Below, in pieces: positions 58,740 to 64,000 of a DNA stretch of 64,000 nucleotides. Source of the stretch: the human T2T-CHM13v2.0 reference genome, Homo sapiens. The position numbers and the translations under genes are program-made. Positions within the stretch are counted from its first letter, which is position 1, and each line of letters begins with the position of its first letter. Location of the stretch: NCBI RefSeq assembly GCF_009914755.1, contig NC_060937.1; one strand, written 5' to 3'. Under the pieces are notes generated by a model. It was not told the DNA's origin. It made no database searches and saw only the letters and a program-made list of their open reading frames with translations.

Positions 58740-59330
58740 TTAAGACAGTAAAACAATCATCATGAAAACCATATGGAAATGTGGGATGATATTTATGACA
58801 CAATGCTGAATGAGGAACAATATCAACGTGTACCTACATTATGACTGCAATTACTTAAGGAAATGTGTGTACGCAGACAACTGGCAAATAAAATAGGAAG
58901 AACTACATACTCAAGTACTGGGATTCTAGATGCTTTTGCTTTAAAAATACTTTAACGGAGATGGAGTGAAGATATTTTTCTGGGTGAAGGTTCCCATTTC
59001 TGTACAATCCTCAACCCCCCACTTCACATGATTCTTTTATAGACCATGTACGCATAACGGGGCCAGGGTAGGAAACGGGACTCGCACACCACAGCCGATA
59101 AGCAACTGGCTGTTCTGCTGGTTTCCAAAGGCCCTTACTATCACAAGTCCTCCAGCAGAAAGGAACGGAATTACTACTACTCTGACATAAAATGACAAAC
59201 TCAAGAAGAATTATTTTCGGGGAATTTCAAAAACACTCTCATTTGATTGCTATAGCTAATATTAAGAAATCATCTATGCAACAGGCCATGTAAAAAGTAC
59301 TGAGGTGTTTATCACTTTAAAAGGGTTCCA

Positions 59331-59644
<314 letters not shown>

Positions 59645-60273
59645 TTAAAAATAGAAAATAACATATTTTATATGAACGTACCTGCATGCACAGAAACGTC
59701 TGTATATTTGGGGGTTGGGAAGCTTCTCAAGCCTTCTCAGGCCTCCCAAGAAACGATTTGCTCCACAACATACACAGTAATGCATCCCAGAGGAAGGAAC
59801 CAGGGATGCCACTTGGAGAACTAGTTTTCAACTGAAGTTGTTTAAACTATGTGATCACTTTATGCCTCCAGGGAAATGAAATCCCATCCCACAACATCCA
59901 AGGCTAGCACCGATGGCCCCAGGTCAATTTTGGGAGTGTGTACCCAGAATACCGATGCTATTAGATGGCACACTTCAATCGCATCCTCTGCCTTTATTCT
60001 TCAGAGATAAACACAGGCAGTTGGGGGACCGAGGCCAGGAAATGCAAGTAGTTTCACTTCACAGAAGCTCGTCTTTTCTTGCAGAAGACAAAGCAGGGGA
60101 AGGCATTCTGAATGACACAAGTTGTTTTAGAAAGACTTCAGATTCTTCGATAACAAAGGGAAAAAAGAGCGCAAATCTCTGTAACTCCTCTTCCTGATGT
60201 GGTCAATCCCCTAAGTCTGTATAATGTGCTGTTTACCCTTGTATTTTAAAATGCCGTATAAAACACATTTCCA

Positions 60274-60687
<414 letters not shown>

Positions 60688-61454
60688 TCAAAGTGTAACT
60701 AAATCCAGTACACCCTAATAACAGACGACATTATTAAAATAAATGGGGGGGAGAGATAACAGAGAAATAGAGATCACTTCTGAATCAAAAGTCAAATCAA
60801 CTATACATAAAAGCCAACATCCCAAACATTGAAAACTCTACTGATATGAAATACTTTTTCCCATTCTGAAATATATGTATAGTATTACATTTAGTTAAGT
60901 GTTAAATACAACAGCTACCGAGAAAAGAAAATCAATTCTAACCAAAGACGGTCATTTCATCAGTGGGAAAAACACCGGCGGGTATGCCCTTCTCTCCCCT
61001 GCGGCATCCCAGCACCTGGAGCTAAGAGGAGCTGGACAGATGATACAGAGCTTGCTCGGGGGCTTCCCCTTACGAGGGCTCCCTAGGCAGAGGAAGGCAA
61101 GCGGTACTGAGTCTGAGAATCCTGCAGTGGCTGAGCATGGGGAGGGGTAGGTTCAAAGGCCCAGGAACAGGCACTGAGCTTTGGAGGAGCACAGGGAGCT
61201 GAGCCCACCCAGGGCAGAGGAGCTGAAGAGCAGAGAGGAGGAAGCTGGGTACTAAAAAAGGCCCTGAGTTTTAGGCTGGCGTCTACATCTGATCAGGAAG
61301 TCAGGAGCAGCAGGCAATACCACAGTTAAGAAAAGTTATCCTGACAAATTTGAGAATTATCAGGTTCAGAGCATTTGTTCTAGTTCGGGGTTTTCCAAAA
61401 AGACTACTGCACCCTAGATCTTGAGAGATGCACTCCTTATGAAATAAGGTTCCA

Positions 61455-61583
61455 AGTGGCACGCAGTAGCATAAGCCTGTAATCTCAGCTACTTAAGAGG
61501 CAGAAGCAGGAGGACTGCTTGAGGCCAAGAGTTCAAGTCCAGCCTTGGCAACATAGCGAGATTCCCATTTCTAAAAATAAAAA
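61455..61583 (+). mobile_element. Alu monomer (FLAM_A-like)
   Basis: gcctgtaatctcagctactt...gagttcaagtccagccttggcaacatagcgag; TSD aaataaggttccaag. Confidence 0.85.
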
Positions 61584-61866
61584 TAAGGTTCCAAGGTCAA
61601 AAAGACATGGAACACACATCCTCTGCCCCCAACAGGTTTATAAATACATGCTAAAATCGCAAAGGCTCTAATGAGTCTTATAATTACAGGCCTATTCAAT
61701 TCCCAAAGTTAGGTCAGCGGTTCCAAAGTCAGTCTTTGGAAATACAAGCCATAGGCTGCAAGCACTGATTGTAGCTTGCTCTGCTTTTCAAATGGGCAAG
61801 GCTACTGTGTGCTTCACTAGAGTGGGGAGCAATGAGGATTCAGGATTCTTTTTTGATTCTCCAGCG

Positions 61867-62020
61867 CAGTGGTTCTCAAAGTGTCATCCTCGAGGCGGCA
61901 ATACACCAGGACACTTGCTCAGAACACAAACTCCCTCCGAGACGCCCAGAATCAGAAACTCCAGGGCAGCAGGGCAGAGCCTGTAGTCTGCATTTTACCA
62001 ACCCCTCCAGGTGACACTGA
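61867..62020. mobile_element. MER5A-like relic
   Basis: cagtggttctcaaagtgt...agaatcagaaactc...tctgcattttaccaaccctccaggtga. Confidence 0.7.
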
Positions 62021-62042
62021 GTGGCCTTATATTCTATTAGAG

Positions 62043-62376
<334 letters not shown>

Positions 62377-63149
62377 TTATTTCTTCACCATCCAAAACAA
62401 CACAGTCTGGGCAACACCTGAAAGGCAATGAACAGGAGCCAGTCAGCAGCTCCATGCCCACCCTAAGGAGGTGGGGCTCAGAGCTCACTACAGAGAATGG
62501 AGATAAAGGAACAAGGAAAACATCTGAAAGTCCAAGTCACCGCCCCCCACACCCACAATCCTAAATTCCAGGAAGCCAGTTAAAAATAATCCAGGAACAA
62601 GTTTCCCGATCAGGAGGAGTGCACAGACAGCGCAGTGCCAGCCCGGTGGGCTGAAGGCCCAGGGCTCCCTCTGCTCCAGCACCAGGCGGTAGGCATGGGG
62701 GTGGCAGCCAAGGTCAGCTACCTCCTCTCACGCAGACAACCGCCACCAAGAAGGCCCAGCCCCTCCGGCACAGGACCACAAGGACCCACACCGCCAGCTG
62801 CCCACCTTGCTGTGCCAGGCACGCTGCCAGCCAGAAGCACGCCAGGCTATGGGGGAAGGACCTGCCCTCAATGAAATGGAGATTTTTCTTTTCCTCAAAA
62901 AAAATGAATAACAATGAAACATGAACACACTCTTCTTTAAAGGTTAAAAACAAGGAAATAAAAACGCCCAAAACACCCTCTGTTCACAGCCCTGAACTCA
63001 GCTGTTTCATGGAGGCTGGAGGGACAATGTGACGGTCAGGAGGGCAGAGCTGTGTTGGGGATGTGGTGCAGGGAATCTGACACGCCAGGGAGCAGGCAGT
63101 CGGGAGGAAGGAAAAGAACACACATGCTGGCCTCCCAGTCAGGGCTTCC

Positions 63150-63270
63150 GCCCCAGTGATGCTGTTTTCTAGCCGAGGCCTTGGGCAGGTTTCATAAGCC
63201 TCGGTTTTCTCATCTGTAAAATTAGTCTGACAGCCATTCCCTCAGCAGAGACCCTGAGGGTTCACCAAGA
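63150..63270 (+). mobile_element. MIR fragment
   Basis: ccttgggcaggtttc...gcctcggttttctcatctgtaaaat. Confidence 0.65.
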
Positions 63271-64000
63271 GGCCTGGCCCTCACTGAAGAAAACTCAATC
63301 AAAGCAGTCCCCTTCCGACAAGGCTTCCCATGAAGGGCAACAAATTCCAAAGATGTTTATTTTCTAGACTGACATAAATCCAGCCATGCCACAGGCTCAG
63401 TCCTTCCACCTACCCACAGCAAGCAACAGGGAAGCAGGTGGGAGAAGAAAGCTCTGCTGCAGAACTGCTGAAGAAGTGAGGCTTTGTGCTACCAGCTTTT
63501 TCTGTGTGAATTACCTCTCAAGAAATATTTGGTACCAGGAAACTGCATCCATCACACATACCACAGGAACGCTCCTCAAGCAATACCTTTCTTCATCTGG
63601 AGTTCAAGTGGCAGTTTAATAACTTTGAAGTCACCACATTGAACACGCTTCCAAAGTTCGACGAAACTATACCTAAAATAACTGCGGGCTAAGGCTCAGT
63701 CCCAAGTTCCAGACTGTTTTTCATTTCTACTCAATGGTTCGTTGCTGTAAAATTCTACCCAAGAAAGTACTCTGTCCTTAAGCAAGAAATCACTTGAAGG
63801 CCATACCCCAAAGAAGAGCTTTCGCTGTTTAGATACGCACCCTTCAAGTCCTCCATCCATTAACATGCTATGGATTTATGGCCAGCGCTGTGCAGTGCCC
63901 CCAGCGCGCAGACACCACTGACTCTGCAACATGCAATCTGCTAACACATGGCCACTGGGACAGCCACATAACACCCAGGCCCTCTGACGGGCTATTCGGC

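Overview
This is primate (human-like) genomic DNA lying entirely inside the STK24 (MST3, Ste20/GCK-III kinase) gene on the minus strand. Only two coding exons are present. The first is the alternative first coding exon of the MST3b isoform (18476-18553, MDSRAQLWGLALNKRRATLPHPGGST). The second is the shared kinase exon (15944-16174, Gly-rich loop to VAIK/alphaC). The canonical first exon and all later exons lie outside the window. The rest is intronic and rich in repeats: about 29 Alu/FLAM/FRAM copies (mostly antisense to STK24 and concentrated beyond 42 kb), L1, L2, MIR, DNA-transposon relics, several solo LTRs with visible target-site duplications (TSDs), and a decayed HMGB1 processed pseudogene interrupted by an Alu. 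The most notable observations are: (i) the MST3b exon, including its PKA site, appears to be read from the antisense strand of an ancient LINE-2 ORF2 fragment; (ii) an 81-bp, 94%-identical inverted repeat in apparently unique intronic DNA (3576-3656 / 4048-4128); (iii) a closely spaced tail-to-tail AluY pair. Repeat family names come from recalled consensus sequences, not a database run, and boundaries without a TSD are approximate. No prokaryote-type system (CRISPR, operon) and no RNA gene was found.
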